Positions 61,645 to 64,000 of a stretch of 64,000 bases of DNA are shown in pieces (within the stretch, counting starts at the first letter, position 1; each line of letters starts with the position of its first letter). The DNA comes from Gammaproteobacteria bacterium (GTDB lineage Bacteria; Pseudomonadota; Gammaproteobacteria; UBA4575). Under the pieces are notes generated by a model. The model did not search any database and had not been told where the DNA came from. It worked only from the letters and a program-made list of their open reading frames with translations. The position numbers and the translations under genes were made by a program. Where the stretch lies: NCBI GenBank assembly GCA_965221955.1, contig CBDCTA010000026.1, forward strand, positions 31,920 through 95,919. Reading direction: 5' to 3'.

Positions 61645-63814
61645 TTAGCTTTCTACAAAACCACTTTTTAGATGTAAATCTCGTTGTGGGAATGGAATTT
61701 CAATTCCATGTTTAATTAATGCAGTTTCTATTTCCCATGTATATAGTGCTCTCCATGAGCCTGGTGTAGCGTTGCTACCTTTCTTATTGACTACCCAAAC
61801 TACTAACTCAAAATTTAAGCTACTGTCTCCAAAACCTACTAACCATACTTGTGGGCGTCTTTTCGCACCATCATCATATGTAACTTCAACTTGTCTTGTT
61901 GCTTCTAGCACAGCCTTACGGACTAGTTCTTTATCTGATCCATATGCAACTCCAAAAGGCACATGCATACGAAACATAGGCTCATTCATGGTGTAGTTTG
62001 TAACTTTTGCTACGACCAGTTCAGAATTTGGAACAATAATGTCTAGATTATCCAGTGTTGTGATAGTAGTGCTTCGTACATGAATTCCTTTTACTATGCC
62101 TTTCATGCCTGATTCTAATTCGACATAATCTCCAACTTTCAAATTCTGCTCAAACAAAAGAATAATTCCAGACACAAAATTATTAACAATAGACTGAAGG
62201 CCAAAACCTATACCAACACTAAGTGCACCAGCGATAATAGCAACATTGGTAAAACTTAAGCCAATAGATGAAAGGGCTATAATTAAGCCAACAATTATTA
62301 TCAAGTAATGGGAAAGCCTACTTAGTGTGTAAATAATAGATGTCGAACGACTGTCATTTGCATCGCTTATTCGTCTAAATATTCTTCTTACAATTATTGA
62401 GATTAAATATGCAATCAGAATAATTATGATTGCTCTAAAAATGTCACTAAACGTTACAGGAACATCACCGATCGTAAACAAACTTTTTGAAAATACATTT
62501 TGAAAGCTTTGCCATACTCTACCGAGGGTAGAATAGCTATCAGAGCGTAATTTGAAAAATATACCCTGAGTTTTTGCTAGTTGCTCTCTAACTGCATTAT
62601 TAAAAAATGTGAGATCGTTTATTGATATATCTAAATTTCTTAATACTGTTGATGTGTTTTTGAGTACTTCTCTATGTTCTCGAAGAATTTGTTCTTCTGT
62701 TTTATAATTTTCATTTTCACTATCCCTGTCTAACATGAGCTCGTTTATTATTTCACGATCTTTCTGAAGTGCTTTATGCCAACTGTCATATTCACTTTTT
62801 GTATTCTTTAAAATTACTTCTCTGGCTTTATATTGCTCAACTTGCTTATCAGGGTCTAAACCAGTTTCGTTTTCCTCAAGTAGATATATAGACTGCTTAG
62901 CTTGTAAGAGATGCAAGCGTATCGTTTGATATGCGGTCAGTATTTCAGCCAGCAGTGCTTTTTGTTTGAAAACATTAGATTTGAAGGTATTTATTAAATC
63001 ATCTTCTACAATCTCCAATGTTAGGCTTTTTGCTTCTACTTGATATTTTTGGGCCGCGTCTAATTCTTCAAGTTGCTTCTTTATTTCGTTTTTGATCGTG
63101 TTATATTCACTATTTGTGATAACAAGATTATTTAATGCATGTTCTTTTTCTTCATTTAGCCAACTAATTTTAGTTTTATAATTTTCAATCTGCTGTTTTT
63201 GAATGGGCTGTTTATTTGTAGAAACTAACCAAGCTAATCTATTCGCAATTATTTCTAGTCCTGCAGCTAGTTTTTCATGATCTGCTGCATCGATCTTTCG
63301 ATATGCAGCAAATAGTGTATCTATCTTTTGATTTAAAGCCTTGATTGCTTTTTGACTTCTTTAAACTGTGGTGCTTGAATGCTATAGATAGACTCAGTCT
63401 CTCGTAGAGACCACTCAACACTCTGTAGCTCATCCAAAGAATATTTATCTTTAAAAGGTGACTTTTCAGAGGGCGAGATCTGTTCAATTTTTTTCAAGTC
63501 CTCAAGCGCTTTTAAGCTAGCGTGTATTTTGCTTCATTTTCGCTTAATTTAATTTTATGTTTATCATCTAAGTTATTAAAAAGCGTTTTTAGTTGTGATA
63601 AGAAAGAACTAACATTTTTAGAGAAGTCATTATCTTGGATGTCGAAATACTGCCACCAGTTTGGATTCAGATCTAATGGGCTAGGTATTAGTGATGTTGT
63701 TTCTGCTTTTATATCAGGTGTTGCTATGAGCTCTTCTGATTGTGAATACACAGCAATTGGCAAGTAAAGAATGCACACAAATATCAATAAAAGTGTAAAT
63801 ATTCTTGAGTTCAT
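61645..63814 (-). pseudogene. Large MscS/MscK-like mechanosensitive channel, several frameshifts in the N-terminal part
   Basis: C-terminal GIGFGLQ..NNFVSG, IIVPNS, VAYGSD, FGDSSL, IPFPQRD; signal-peptide ORF at 63512-63814. Confidence 0.85.
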
Positions 63815-64000
63815 TTCATTTTTCTCAAGAAATATAGCAATCCAGTAAAAACTGCAAACATAATACCCAAGATGTAAAAATAGCCATATTTAAGTTTGAG
63901 CTCTGGAATAAATTCAAAATTCATTCCATACAACCCCGCGATAAATGAAAGTGGTACAAAGAGAACTGTAAAGATAGTTAGTGTTTTTACAATCTTGTTT
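63811..64000 (-). CDS. corA: CorA Mg2+ transporter, 3' end (cut by window edge)
   Basis: Manual translation LTIFTVLFVPLSFIAGLYGMNFEFIPELKLKYGY; TGA overlaps the ATG of the MscS-like gene. Confidence 0.88.
   Translation of the reverse strand, partial: NKIVKTLTIFTVLFVPLSFIAGLYGMNFEFIPELKLKYGYFYILGIMFAVFTGLLYFLRKMK

Overview
AT-rich gammaproteobacterial chromosome segment, probably from a MAG or long-read assembly, with a core half and an accessory half. Core half (1-37.5 kb): guaB-guaA-tadA-mltF; an unusual 12.6 kb locus (ThDP enzyme, two catalytically divergent citrate-synthase-fold proteins, O-methyltransferase, TonB receptor, periplasmic binding protein, 1506-aa hybrid kinase/GGDEF-EAL) that looks like a small-molecule synthesis-plus-sensing module; an acyl-CoA synthetase/Liv-type ABC transporter operon; rraA, aceA, icd; an OmpR/Rab-like GTPase/hybrid kinase/HPt operon; and tRNA-Ser(GGA). 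Accessory half (37.5-64 kb): tandem integrase-less units bounded by tRNA-Ser 3' duplications and shared ~215-bp ends, whose cargo genes are separated by a family of 30-bp hairpins (AATGTCCGCT-N10-AGCGGWCATT) in two alternating subtypes, like a cassette array that is not an integron. It also holds a decayed tRNA-Met with integrase-arm-like repeats, a block with several FNR boxes (fhs, DsrC-like, ferritin-like, ZIP, dps), a serine recombinase-DUF2924-terminase-DUF5681-ParB/MTase module without capsid genes, and a breakpoint at ~59570 joining two 5'-truncated genes. Many single-base frameshifts beyond 45 kb are probably sequencing errors. All calls were made by eye from motifs; no searches were run.
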